A program made the position numbers and the translations under genes. From the human T2T-CHM13v2.0 reference genome, Homo sapiens, in NCBI RefSeq assembly GCF_009914755.1, contig NC_060935.1: 64,000 bases of DNA. One strand, given 5' to 3'. This document shows, one piece after another, positions 36,821-53,664 of this stretch; position 1 is the stretch's first letter, and the number at the start of each line of letters is the position of its first letter. Below the pieces are notes generated by a model. The model ran no database searches. It saw only the letters and a list, made by a program, of their open reading frames with translations, and was not told where the DNA came from.

Positions 36821-39009
36821 TGTTCCCTTATTGGGCTGAGTCAATTTATTCATACAGCAAATATATTCTGAGCACCTCTGAGACACGGGCACGGGTGGGT
36901 TAGCTGAGGAGCAGGACGGGAGATGGTGACCTTCAGAGCTGGCCCTTTCGCAGGGCCTGGGCAACAGCATTTGCTCCAGATTACAACAGTCTGCGCAGGA
37001 ATATTGAGCACGGGAGTAGCTCTGAGAGAGCTTAGATGATTTGCCATTGGTCCATGGTGGGGGACCAGCATGGCTGAGCTGGGGGCCAGGGCTGTCTGCT
37101 CCCTGTGGGCTCTGCTCACTCTACCTCCTGTTCCAGAGGGGCCGGAGCCAGGCAGCAGAGGGGTGAAGGCACCCTGTGCTCCTGACACCTGCTCCCAAGA
37201 CATCCCTTCCTTCTCCGGTGGTCCCTCTCGGTTTCTAGCAGATGCCTTGCTCTAGGCTAGAGACTGGCCCATGTCCTGAGGCCTGGCAGTCCCAGAGCTT
37301 TGGGGCCCCCTTCCCCACACTGTGTGGGGCCCTGCCTGCTCTTGTCTATTGGGACCTCTTTGAAGGCCTCGAGGCCCTGACCCTGGACCCTGTTCCCTAT
37401 GAACGACATCCCTGGCAGCACCTGCTTGTGCTCCAGGCAGAGTGGAGAAGGTCTTGTGCATGCAGGGGAGCCAGGTTAAAAGTGCATTTCAGATAACAGC
37501 ACTTGAGAAATCCGAAGTGTGTCTCTCACACCGCAGGGTGCACTGTGTGTACGTACATGTGTGTGTATGTTGCATGGCTACACGGTAGAGGCAGAACACT
37601 GGGTCAGCTCCTAGCATCACAAGGTGTGGACAGGGGCCTCATGGGGATGGGATGGAGGGGTGCAGGCTGCTGGGGGGCCCTTCCGGAGCAGGGCTGGAAT
37701 GCTCCCTCCTACTCCGACTGGGCTCCGTGCTCCTCCTGCTGCTCTTACAACTGCTCAGGTTCGCACCAAGCTCCCAGCGTGAAGAGGTGCGGGTGCTGCT
37801 CGGCGTTCTATGCCCGGAGCTCTGTGGCCCTGTGCCCGCCCTTCCTCTCTGAACCACTCTTCCTCATCTGTGGAAGGAAACTTTGGCACAACAGCTTCCT
37901 TCAAGCTCCCACAGTTCATGCTTCCTCACAGGGAGGCAGGCAAAGCCTAGGGGAGAGGCTCGCCCTGTGGAATTTCTCTTTGGAAAGAGAAAAAGTTCCA
38001 TCCATCACTCCCGGTGAAGGCTCTGTGATGGGTGGCCACGGCTCCCAGATGGGCCCGCTGCCCATCTCTCAAAAAGAGGAAGAGGGAGGCTTGCCAGGGT
38101 GAGATAAGGGAGTGTTTCCCTGGATGGCCCTGGGCGTTCATTACCTGTGTGGCCAGGACAGGAGAGCATTCATCCTGGGCCAGGAGACGCACTCTCCGCA
38201 GAGCCTTCACTGTGGCTACGAATTGCTCAGTTCAGGCGCAGACAGCCATGGTGTAGGGAGCAGGGGAGGAGAAGGCAGGCCCAGAGCAGGTGCAGTGGGG
38301 CAGCGGCACCCAGGATACAGGCAGCGTGGGCAGGGTGCTGTGGGCTCCGCAGGCCACGCACAGCATGGCTTTGCATGTCCTGTGAGCACCCGTGGCACTC
38401 GTGTGCCAAAGGCGGTGCTGGGTACAGTCACACCCACCCTCTCGTTCAGTCCTCCCAGAAACTCCGTAAGGGATATGCTACTTTTTTTAGTGACGACATT
38501 ATTTATTGTCTGAGCTGAGACTCTTGGAAGTGAAAGAAGTGTGATGGATGATTATGTGGGGGCACGAGAACGTTCACTGTGAGGGTCCCAGGCAAACTGA
38601 GCGACCAATTCCCCGGTGGTAAAACAGACTCAGGTGCGAGTTAGTTTTGCGTGAGGCTCAGAGGCAAATCTAGGACTTCCAATGCTAAGCTTTTAGCCCT
38701 TCTTCTGCCCTGTAACCCTGGACTGCAAGGCCGGCCAGCAGGTTTAGTGGGGCACCATCCCCAACTCCGCTGGGGAAGTGCAGAGGCCACAGGCACTTCC
38801 TGATGGCAGCCCACCATCCCCAGAGGTTTGGGGCCACTTCCTCCCTGCCTGACCCTTCATTCACTGGCAGCCGAGTGCTGCTCTCTTTCTTTCTTTCTTT
38901 TTTTTTTCAATTAAAATAAATAATGAATCAACTTTAAAGCTCTCATAGAGAATATAAGCTAAATTACAATGTGTCAGAGGCACATTACCCCAATGGCAAT
39001 ATTTTCTAA

Positions 39010-39260
<251 letters not shown>

Positions 39261-39689
39261 TAGTGCTGCTCTCTTTCTGGGTCAAACCTGACCAGGGGCA
39301 GACGGCAGTTCCCTCCACGGACTGCCGGGGCCGGACTTGCTGGCCACCCAGGAAGCTCCTCTCCCGCCCAGGAAGCTCCTCTCCCCCTCCCCGGTTCTGC
39401 TTAGGTCAGTCCCTCCACACTCAGATACGCAGCTCTATGATCCTGGCCAGCGTCCCTTTGCTCATTCTTTGAAGAGTGATTTGTTTGTCTAATGTCTTCC
39501 TTTTCCCAGCATGTGACAAATTTTTCTCCTGGAGCGTGGCTTTCTGAGCATAGAGGTTGGGTTTCCTCTTGCTGGGCGTCCTACCCACACACCACTTGTA
39601 TGTGCATGTTTAGGTACATGTGTGCATGTGTGTGTATATAAATAGATGTACATTTTCACCTGTTTGGTTGTAGACAAATTATTTTGCTC

Positions 39690-40660
39690 CTTCCTTCATT
39701 CAACACCTATTTTTTGAAAACCTGTATATATAGGTTCTGAGGATACAGTTTTTTTTTTAAAGATTTTATAAAGCCTATAACCCAAATCTGACATTTTATT
39801 GGAGGACACAGGCAATAACCAAACAAAAAATACATTTAAAAATATTAGATAGTTTTAGGTGTTATGACGGCAAATAAATCAGGATTAAGGGCTACAGTGA
39901 CAAGGTGCAGGTGGAGGGACCACTTCACCCAGGGCACAGGGAGATCTCCGTGGTGAGGCCGTCTGAGCAGAATCTGACTGAGCTAAGGCAGTGAGCTCTG
40001 CAAACGTCTGGTGGCCAGAGGGCAGAAAGGGCCCAGGCTTGGCTTGACTTACTCCAGGATTACCAAGGGGCCAGTGTGAGAGACTGGGAGAGGCAGGCAG
40101 CGGATGGAGCTCCTGGGTCCTTGAGGGCCATGAGGCCTGACTTAGATTCTATTCTGAACGTCATGGAAGCTACTGGAGGATATTAAGCACTGAGTGAATG
40201 AGAGCTGAGTTACATTCAAAAACCGGACTTGGGTGGGTATGCTGAGAAGCTGAGAAGATGTAGCAGAGAAGCAACAGGCGAGGCAGCAGGGATGGCAGGG
40301 CAGAGGGAGGCAGGAGACTCTTTAGCTTTAGGAGGCCGTGGTAGGATCCTGGAGTGGAGGACGGTGCCTTGCCACAGTGGCAGCCAGCAGCCTTGAGGAG
40401 GTGAAGAGCGACTTCCCAGGGATATCTTAATGAGGAGGAAGTAGCGACTTCCTGATGGATCGAAAGCAGATGTGAATGGAAGAGAGGAGTCAAGGACGCA
40501 CCTGGGATTTTGGGCACATTGGTGAAAACTAGTGCTGTGCATGGAGAAGCAGGTTGGGAGGTGCAAATCAAGGAGGCTGTTTGAAGCGTGGCGCCTTTGA
40601 GATGAGTGATGAGCAGGTGCCTATTCGACAGAAGACAGTTCTCATGTGACGCTGGGGAGG
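39690..40660 (-). mobile_element. L2 (long fragment)
   Basis: TTCATTCAACA.. start; ATGGAAGCTACTGGAGGATATTAAGC; GAAAGAGAGGAGTCAAGGA; TTTGAGATG. Confidence 0.75.
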
Positions 40661-41479
40661 CCTGGAGAAACGGCTCAGATGCAGGGGGAGAGGCAGGCTG
40701 GAGGGAGGGGGCTGGGAGCAGGGCCAGGACATGCTTCGGGCACAAAGGCAGCGAGGAGCTGCAGACAATCACAGGGATGCCCAGTGGAAGAAGATCAATG
40801 GCCGGGCTGTGTGAGGAGTGGCTGACCGTGCAAACAAGCCCTGGACAAAGAAATCTGTGAAGAGTTGAAGGGAGCCTCCTGGGAGCAGGGGAGCAGCTCC
40901 TGCCTGGAACCCCGGGGCGACGGACGGGCAGTCGAGGCTCTCAGGGAAGGAGTTCCGCTGCTCTGACCCTCCGCACTGGCCAGCAGCCCTGATGAACTCA
41001 TTGCAGGCGTTCTTCCTCGGCCTGCTCCCCTCTTAGTCTGCAGCCAAGGCTCCCCTCCCCATCTTTTAAGGGCATAATCTATTTGCCACCTCCACTTTTG
41101 TGTCACTTACTCTCAGCTCCTTGCAATCTGACAGTGAGAGGAGGGGTTAACTGCCCAGGGCTGGGAGATGGAGACAGCATTTTCCTCTCTCTGCCCCAGC
41201 TCCTTGAAAAGATCTTGGGTAGCAACACAGAGGTATGACTCTGGTCAGGGAGCTCAGGTGCCAGTGCCCTCTTCTAGGATGGCCCTGGGCCTCTTCTTCC
41301 AGCCCTGCCCACCCGATGGAGGCCTTACTAAAGAAAAAGCACACTGTTATGACAGCCTCTCTTTATAACACTCAGGGAAGTGGGTGTAGGACTAGCTTCC
41401 CAGGTGGCCCCAAGCATGGCTGGAGCCAGCACAGTGCGGGCACTCAGCAGGTGCTCATTAAATATTAGCTGCTATTGTC

Positions 41480-41730
41480 AGTTGCTATCGTGAAGCACGT
41501 GGCAAGTGCCTGATACTGTGGTGAGTGTTTTACAAAAGTCTGTCTGATTTTATATTCACAAATTATTTACAGGGCATATATTACTGTATTGTTCCATTTC
41601 TATAAATGAGAAAGCTGAGGGTCAGAGAGGGTGGTGAGTGCCACAGGTCGTGCGGTTATTACAAGGAGGACCGCGTGACAAGAGTGTGTGCTGCCTAGGA
41701 GGGTGAGAGTGGAAGGCCTCTGTCAGCCGC
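41480..41730 (-). mobile_element. MIR
   Basis: TTCCATTTCTATAAATGAGAAAGCTGAGGGTCAGAGAGG. Confidence 0.7.
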
Positions 41731-42160
41731 ACGGAAGAGAGCCACGTGCCTCCCCTCCCCTTTCCAGTGGCTGGGGAAGAGCATGCATGGGGCCACATTT
41801 CACGGTGAATTATGGAATTATGCCTCACAGCAAACAGCAGTCATAGTGCAGTTGGATGTAATGAAACGAAGTTTGTATTGGAATCTATTATGGTCCCAAC
41901 ATAAATTAATTATAACCCTTCTGCTGGAGGGAAGCTTCTTACAGAATTAAAGTTTTGCTGGAGGAGGAGGAGGGAGTGGGGAAGGGCCGAGTAACAGGGA
42001 GCCTGAAATGATTCTCTTTGCTGGGGCTCAGGTTGGCAGGGACCCCAGCCATCATCCCCCACATTGGCTGCAGTAATGGTGCCTCCTCCTGAGCCCCTTT
42101 AATGTCAGGTATGCCGTATACGTTGCCTAGCTTGATTTTTGAAACACTCTTGTGAAGTAT

Positions 42161-42972
<812 letters not shown>

Positions 42973-44186
42973 GGTATCATCAGCCTAGTTTACAGATGAA
43001 GAAACTGAGGTTGAGGGACTTACACAAGGCAGCACTGCCAGTGAGGCCTGCTAGTCTCCAAGGCTGAAGCATGACCGCCTCCCACCTCTCAGCCTCAGGC
43101 TGCAGGCCACACTTAAACTCTTCCCCGCTGTATAATTCTGATCAAGCCACTTAGTCAACTCTCCAGCCCACAGCTCCTCGGTCTGTAAAGGAGAGTTCAT
43201 ATCTAGTTAGTCACCAGATCTGCCTAATCATGGTGAGGCTGGAGGAATCCAAAGTGGGCATGCACTCTGCACTCATTTCTTTATTCATGTGTGCCCATCC
43301 CAACAAGCAGGGAGCCTGGCCAGGAGGGCCCCTGGGAGAAGGCACTGATGGGCTGTGTTCCATTTAGGAAGGATGGACGGTTGTGAGACGGGTAAGTCAG
43401 AACGGGCTGCCCACCTCGGCCGAGAGGGCCCCGTGGTGGGTTGGCACCATCTGGGCCTGGAGAGCTGCTCAGGAGGCTCTCTAGGGCTGGGTGACCAGGG
43501 CTGGGTGACAGTAGCCATGGGAGCAGGTGCTTACCTGGGGCTGTCCCTGAGCAGGGGCTGCATTGGGTGCTCTGTGAGCACACACTTCTCTATTCACCTG
43601 AGTCCCCTGAGTGATGAGAACACCCTTGTTTTGCAGATGAATCTGAGCATGGAGATGTTAAGTGGCTTGCCTGAGCCACACAGCAGATGGATGGTGTAGC
43701 TGGGACCTGAGGGCAGGCAGTCCCAGCCCGAGGACTTCCCAAGGTTGTGGCAAACTCTGACAGCATGACCCCAGGGAATACCCATCTCAGCTCTGGTCAG
43801 ACACTGTGGAGTTGTGTTGTAACCCACACAGCTGGAGACAGCCACCCTAGCCCCACCCTTATCCTCTCCCAAAGGAACCTGCCCTTTCCCTTCATTTTCC
43901 TCTTACTGCATTGAGGGACCACACAGTGTGGCAGAAGGAACATGGATTCAGGACCCAGATGGACTTGCTTCACAGTGCAGCCCTCCTGTCCTCTTGCAGA
44001 GTGCGTCTTCCACTGTGAAGTTGGGACAGTCACACCAACTCAATACTGCTGGGCCCGTCACACGGTGGGCAGGCAACGGATGGCAGTCACTGGCTGTGGG
44101 TCTGCAGAGGTGGGATCCAGAAGGTCTGGTGGGGAGGCCTGAGTGTGGCCTGGATCAATGAGTGAAGGTTGCACCCAGGGTGAGCA

Positions 44187-44758
44187 TGAGGAGCCAACTC
44201 AGTTCTTCCCTTGGCCCCTTAAATGTTCCCTGAAAAATCACTGACATGAGGCTGATGGATTCATAGGAGAAGAGGCACACAAATGTGTCCAATGTGTGTA
44301 CACAAGAGCCTTCAGAAAGAAGACCCAAAGATACAGGAAAATTGTCCATTTTCATGCTTAGGTTCAGCAAAGTATGGACAGTCATGTAGAAAGAGGACTG
44401 GACAAAAAGGGCGTGGTCTAATGCCAACAGAGTGAGTGGGGAACCCAGCAAGGCCTGTCTGTCTAGATTCTTTCTGGTCTCTCTGAGCAGCATATCCCGC
44501 CCTTCCGGGTATAGGGCGGGGCCCTCTCTGGAATGGGGGCCTTATGACCTACAGTCAAACAAGGCAGGTCAGGTCATTTTTTTATGGCCAGTTTTAACAC
44601 AGAAGTCTGATGGCTGGCATTGGCGAAAAGGGGTTCTGGTTTCTATGACTTGCCTTCGTAAAGAGGGATTCTAATTTGTATGGCTAGCCTTTGGGGAGAA
44701 TGGGACAGCTTGTAAGGCTGAGGCCTGCATTTTGGGATACTGTTTTCTGAGCCCCAGC
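44187..44758 (-). mobile_element. ERV1 MER4-group solo LTR (same family as 58334-58977; exact subfamily uncertain)
   Basis: Shares AATTGTCCATTTT.ATGCTTAGGTTCA, GGCCTGTCTGTCTAGATTCT and TCAAACAAGGCAGGT with the 58-kb copy. Confidence 0.8.
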
Positions 44759-45659
44759 TTGTGCATGCATGTGAACATATGTGTGTGTGTGCAGGAGACA
44801 GCCCGGCAAAGAAGCTGAGTGGGGAGTGGGCCTGTGGGTCAGAGGGTAAGGGGGTGCAAAAGGGCCACAGTGGGCTTGGAGCCCAGGGCAATGGGGCAGG
44901 GGAGCTTGAGGCTCGTTACAAAAGGCCTGGCTGCTGAAAGTCCCCTCTCTGCCTCCTTCCCAGGCCAGCAGCCTGCACACCTCCTTTGCTCTCGGCAGGA
45001 GGGAAGTTGCTTTCATCACCTGAGGTTCTGCTGCTGGAAAGTCTGTCCTCCTTTCCTCTTCTCTCCCATCTCCCCCTCTCCCAAGGGTGCTCTGGCCCCC
45101 ATGCTCACACCATGCTCAGTCCTACAGGTACAGAAACAGCCAGCCAGGGTGTTGCCCCCAGTCAAATGCAGGGGCTTTGTGCCTGGGAGCTAAGCATATC
45201 CGCATAACATCTGCTTGCACTTGCTCTGGCAGACTGCAGCTTTATCAAGTTCTCAGGGGGCTGAGCAGTGAGCTCAGAAATCTGAGATCTGACCTACTTT
45301 CCTCAAAGCATCTTTGGGCCTGTTTCCATCCTCCCTGCTCCTGGGCCTTGTTTCATCTGTCCATGGGCAGGTGCCTGCGTCCTTGCTGACTGCCGGCTAC
45401 CTTTGCTGTCCTGCTGCCAGACCTCCGACTTCCTCCCTCTTCCTTAGCACAAGGTCTTTAGAGTTGCAGAAACTCAGGCCTGTGGAGTGTCTGATGGCCC
45501 CTGAACAAACCATGCAGATCCTCATGACTGCCCTGATTCTGTCAGTCAATCTGCATTAGGAAGAGACACAGAGGACAAGACATGGTCTCTGACCTTGAAT
45601 AGAGCAAAGTCTGATGAAAAGAATGAGCAAGGGTGGACTAGAGGGCTGAGAGCAGCACA

Positions 45660-46000
45660 GCTTAGCCACTTGCCACCACCCAACCCCGGGGCCTTTGCAC
45701 ATGCTGGGCCTCATGGGAGCCAGCTCTTGGCCTCTGTCCCCTTGGATCTCAGACGGGCTTTGCCTCCCTCAACACGATCTGAGTTAGGACCCTTTCTCCC
45801 CTCCCCTGCTCTGTGCAGTCCTCCTCACGGCTCTCTGATGGCTGTGATTGCTGGTTTAGAGGCTATCTTCCCACTAGACTGCAGGTTTCCTGAGGACAAG
45901 GCCCACCTCTGCTTCCTTCTCCACTTGATAGCCAGGGCCCGCAGGGGGTCAGGCTCTGGGTGGACATCAAGTAAGTGTTACTGAATGAGTGAATAAGTGA
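45660..46000 (+). mobile_element. L2 3' end
   Basis: GGGCCTTTGCACATGCTG..CCCACTAGACTGCAGGTTTCCTGAGGACAAGG..TGAATGAGTGAATAA. Confidence 0.7.
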
Positions 46001-46109
46001 GTGAGAGTGTGTGGACCCCTGGTTTGCTTTTCCCTGTGAAGAAACAGGAAGGAAAGCCCTCTATGAGAATCCTGAGTTGAAAAATCCTGTGAAGCACTGA
46101 CTTCCTTCG

Positions 46110-47015
46110 AAAAAGGGAAAAGAGGAGAAAAGTAACTGCAGTGGAGAACTTGACAAGCACTCCCTCGGCCAGGCGACCAACGCAGCATCCGCAGGGATGA
46201 GTCATGCTGACACTAAGTGCCCTTGAAGAGATGGGACGGGAATGGCATTTTACCTCCAGGGTCTTCCTCCCACAGATGCAGAGCACAGTCTAATCATAAC
46301 AAAACCACCAGACAAACTCCGACGGAAGGTTGTTCTACACAATAACCTGATCGTACTCGTCAAAACTCATCAAAAACAAGAAAAGTCTGGGAAATTGTCC
46401 CAGCCAAGAGAGGTCTGAGGAAACATGATGGTAAGAGGTAATGTCATGTCCTGGATGGCAGGAGTCCCCAACCTTTTTGGTGACCTTTTTCCATGGATGG
46501 TGGTGGGGGAAGGTTTCAGGATGAAGCTGTTCCACCTCAGATCATCAGGCATTAGTTAGATTTTTGTAAGGAGTGTGCAACCTAGATCTCTCACGTGCGC
46601 ACTTCACAATAGGGTTCACGCTCCTATGAGAATCTAATGTGGCCTCTGATCTGACAGGAGGGAGAACTCAGGTGGTCATGCTCCCTTGCCCGCTGCTCAC
46701 TTCCTGCTGTGTGGCCAGTTCCTAACAGGCCACGAACGGGTACTGGTCCACGGCCCAGAAGTTGGGGATTCCTGCTGTATGGAATCCTGGGAAAGAAAAA
46801 GTATATTAGGGGAAAATTAAGAAAATAAGAATAAAATACAGACTTCAGCTAATATTAATGCATCCACATTGGATCATGAGTTGTAATAACTAAACTATAA
46901 TAATGTAGGATGTTGACAATGGGAGCCTGAGTGTGGAGTATATGGAGACTCTCTGGGTTGTCTTCTCAAATTTCCTGGATATCTGAAACTATTTTAAAAT
47001 TAAAAGTTTATTAAA
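46110..47015 (+). mobile_element. L1MC 3'UTR fragment, split by MER1B
   Basis: AGTAACTGCAGTGGAGAA..TCTAATCATAACAAAACC..; ends TAAAATTAAAAGTTTATTAAA. Confidence 0.75.
46459..46774. mobile_element. MER1B (hAT-Charlie)
   Basis: TIRs CAGGAGTCCCCAAC / GTTGGGGATTCCTG; CCACCTCAGATCATCAGGCATTAG core; 8-bp TSD CTGGATGG/CTGTATGG. Confidence 0.9.
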
Positions 47016-47292
<277 letters not shown>

Positions 47293-47985
47293 CTATTAAA
47301 GGACTTCAGTTTATGGTTTGACGTGTAAAGAGCTTGGAAGTCATGACTCTATCCTAACAATAAGAAAATGTTGAACAAACTGAAAATTAACAACTCTCCT
47401 TAGATCCATTAAAGAATGGAGGTCACAAGCAAATGTCTGTCCCCGAAGTTATAGAGATGAGCTCTTACTGGAGCAGAAGCCCAAGATCAGTAACTGCCAC
47501 AGAACCCTGGGCCAGAGCAGGACAGCCTAAACTAGAACCGTCAAAGTGAGGGAGGCTCCATGTGGACATGTTTGCAAGTTAGAAACTGCAGGAGGGGGTC
47601 TCGGTTGCAGGGGGGCCCACACATTCTCATGAGTTTTACCTCCAGAGCCCTAGCAGGTTTTTACAGTGAAGGCAGGAGAACGATCCCCCATGCTTGCAGC
47701 AGAGGGAGGGAAAAGCAGCCATTTCAAAACATGCGGAATTTATGCTGTGTTCTTCACAAGACCTGACCCCAGGGGAATCTGTTTTACCAAAGCCTAACTG
47801 ACTAGGGTTTTAGCAGGGCCTAACCAACCTAGGGAAATATTCTACTCTAGCTCTCTCTAACCACTCTGTGTCACTTAAGGAGGAAAATAAAGCATAACTT
47901 GGAAGAATGCATGATGGTCACAGCCCAGGTATACAAGCTCAGTAGAAGACTGAGACCCCATCATAGGGCCATAGGATGCTTCCAG

Positions 47986-48078
47986 CCCCCACACACCTTA
48001 CCCCCACACACCGTACCCCCACACACCGTACCCCCACACACCTTACCCCACACACCTTACCCCACACACCTTACCCCC
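47986..48078. repeat. 14/15-bp minisatellite, 6 copies
   Basis: (C)CCCCACACACCKTA units. Confidence 0.92.
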
Positions 48079-50969
48079 ATGCCGATGGGGTTCCTGTAGA
48101 ACCACAAGGATTACAGCTAAAATAAATGCAAGATTCAGACTCTACTTAAGGAGGAGTTTCTTGGGAAAATCTAAGACGAGAGGGGAGATGAAAACAAGGA
48201 TCCAGAAGCGATCTAAACTTGGATAGCCACAGTACAGCAATCGTGAACACAGGCAAAGAAACCACCTAAGAGACAGGGCAAGCATCAGATCCAGACTCAG
48301 ACTGAGAAGAGACGATGGAACCGCCAGACCAGGAGTACGATACATCCATGACTAATATGCTAGGGGTCTAATGGGAAAAGTGGACAATATATTAAAAAAA
48401 TGAGAAAGTTTCTTATCAGTAGACTGCCTTGCAAGAAATGTTAAATGAAATTTTCAGAGAGATAAAAAATGATGCAGGTCAGAAATCGGATATACATAAA
48501 TAAAGAAAAGCACAAGAGAAGGAATAAATGAAAGTAAAATAAAATGTTTTTATTTTCTATTCTTATAGTAACACAGAACAGTTTGTTCGAAATAATAATA
48601 GCCACACCCTATGTGATGATTATAGCTTATGTATAAGTGAAAGGAATGACAGCAATGTTATAAGTGATCGGAGGAGGGAAGGAATTGGAAATACTCTGTT
48701 ACACAGTAATCGCTCTACTCGCTAGTGGTATAGTGCTATTACAGAGGGGGCTAGAATTAGTTATAAATATATATTGTAAACTCAAGAAAAGCATAAAAAT
48801 ATACAACCATTATAAAAAGTTAAAATGTAGTATAATTCATACGCTAAGAGAGGAGAAGAAATGGAATTATACAAAATATGCCATTAAAACCAGAGAGGGC
48901 AGAAAATGAGTGGAAGACACAATAAGAAAAGAAAAGGAAACAAAGAACAAAGGAATTAAATAGAAAAGGGTAACAAATATAATAGATATCAACAAAAAAT
49001 AGATACCAATGACAATTTTAAATATCAGTGTTCTAAAGACACTAATTAAAAGACAAAGAGTGTCAGAGTGGATGAGAAAACAAGACCCAACTCTATGTTG
49101 TCTGCAAGAAGCCTGTTTTACATATAAAGACACAGCGTAAAAATAGATGGACAAATAGATACCATGCTAACACTAATCAAAGGAGAAAGCTGGAATAGAT
49201 ATTAATTTAAAAAAGACCAGACTTCAGAGCAAGGAAAATTATCAGGGGTAAAGAGGGAAAAAAGCGTTAATTCTCCAAGGAGACACAGCAGTCCTTAAAG
49301 TGTATGCGTCTAACAACAGTGTCAAAATACATGGAGCAAAAATGGATAGAACCACAAGGAGAAATAGTTAATCCACTATTACAGTTGTAGATTTCAACAC
49401 TCTTCTATCAGTAACTGACAGACCCAGCAGGCAGAAAATCAGTAAGGATGTAGTTGAACTGAACAGCACCATCAGTCAACTGGGTCCAGTTGATATTTGT
49501 AGAATAGTTTATTCAACAGAAGCAGAAAGCACATTCTTCTCAAGACCACGTGAAATATTCACCAAAATGGAAAGAATTATGGGACATGAAACGCACCTTA
49601 GCATATTTAAAATGACAGAAATTATACCAAGACGTCTTGGATCATCTCTAAAACATTAATGAAATTAAAATTGAAATCAATAACAGAAAAGTAGCCAGAA
49701 AATCCATAATATTTGGAGATTAAACAACACACATCTAAATAAAACATGAGTCAAAGAAAGTCTCAAGAGTAATTTAAAAATATTTCAAAATAAATGAAAA
49801 ATTAAAATACAACTTATCAAAATTGGTAGGATACAGTTAAGTCAATGCTTAGAGGGCTATTTTTAGCATTGGATGCAGATATTAGGAAAGAAAAAATTAA
49901 TAATCAAATTTTCTACCGTGGGAAGCTACAATAAGGAGAGGAAATTAAATTCAAAGTATATAGAAGAAAAGTAATACTAAGTAGAGCACAAATCAATGAA
50001 ATTGAAAGCAGGAAATCAATAGAGAATATCAACAGGACCAAAAGATGGTTCTTTGAAAAGCTCAATAGAATCGATAAGCCACTAACCAGGTTAACTAAGA
50101 AAGAGAGAACACACAAATGATTGCTATCAAAAATGAAAGAGAGCTAATCTCTGCTGACCTTATGGACATTAAAAGGATAATGAGAAAATGTTATAAGAAC
50201 AACTGTACACCCACAAATTTGATAACCTAGGTGAAATGGACCAATTCTTTGAAAGACACAATTTTTCAAAACTCACAACAAAAGAAATAGATAATTTGAA
50301 TAGGCCTATATCTCTTAAAGACACTGAATTAATAAATAATAACCTTCCAAAACAGAAAGCACAAGCCCACATGGTTTCACTGGTGAATTCTACAATACAT
50401 TTAAGGAAGAAATTATTACAATTCTCAACCATCTCTTTCAGAAAATAGAAGTAGATTGAGTACTTCATACTCATTATATCAGACCAGCATTATGTTAATA
50501 TCTAAACCGGGTAGACATTACATTAAAGGAAAGCTACAAACGTATATTTCTCATAAATATACATGTAAAAAATCTCAAATCTCAATAAAATGCCAATCCC
50601 AACAACGCAGAGAAAGAATTACATACCATGGCTAAGTAGGATTTATCCCAGGTACACAAGGGTGGCTCAAGAGTTGAAATTAAATTAATGTAATTCAAGA
50701 TACCAACAGGTAAAAGGAAAAAGACATATTATTATGTCAATAGATGCAGAAAAAGCAGTTGACAAAATCTAATACCTCTTCATGATAAAAACTCTCAATA
50801 AACAAGAAATAGAGGGGGGATCTTTCTTAACTTGATAAAGAACATCTACAAAACAACTACATCTAACATGGTGAGAACATGGTGAAAAACATCTGAATGG
50901 TGAGAAATTAGATGCTTTTCTGCTAAGATCAGGAAGAAGGCAAGAATGTCTCTCCTGCCACTCCTTTTT

Positions 50970-53479
<2,510 letters not shown>

Positions 53480-53620
53480 TTAACATTGTACTGGAAGTTC
53501 TAGCTAATGCAACAAGAAAAATAAAGGAAAGGAAATGAAATGTATACAGATTGGGAAGGAAGAAATAAAATTGTGTTTGTTCCCAGATGACATGATTGTT
53601 TATGTAAAAAATCCCAAAGA

Positions 53621-53629
53621 ACCACCACC

Positions 53630-53661
<32 letters not shown>

Positions 53662-53664
53662 CAA
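53621..53664. repeat. Compound (ACC)n(AAC)n trinucleotide STR
   Basis: Visible directly. Confidence 0.92.
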
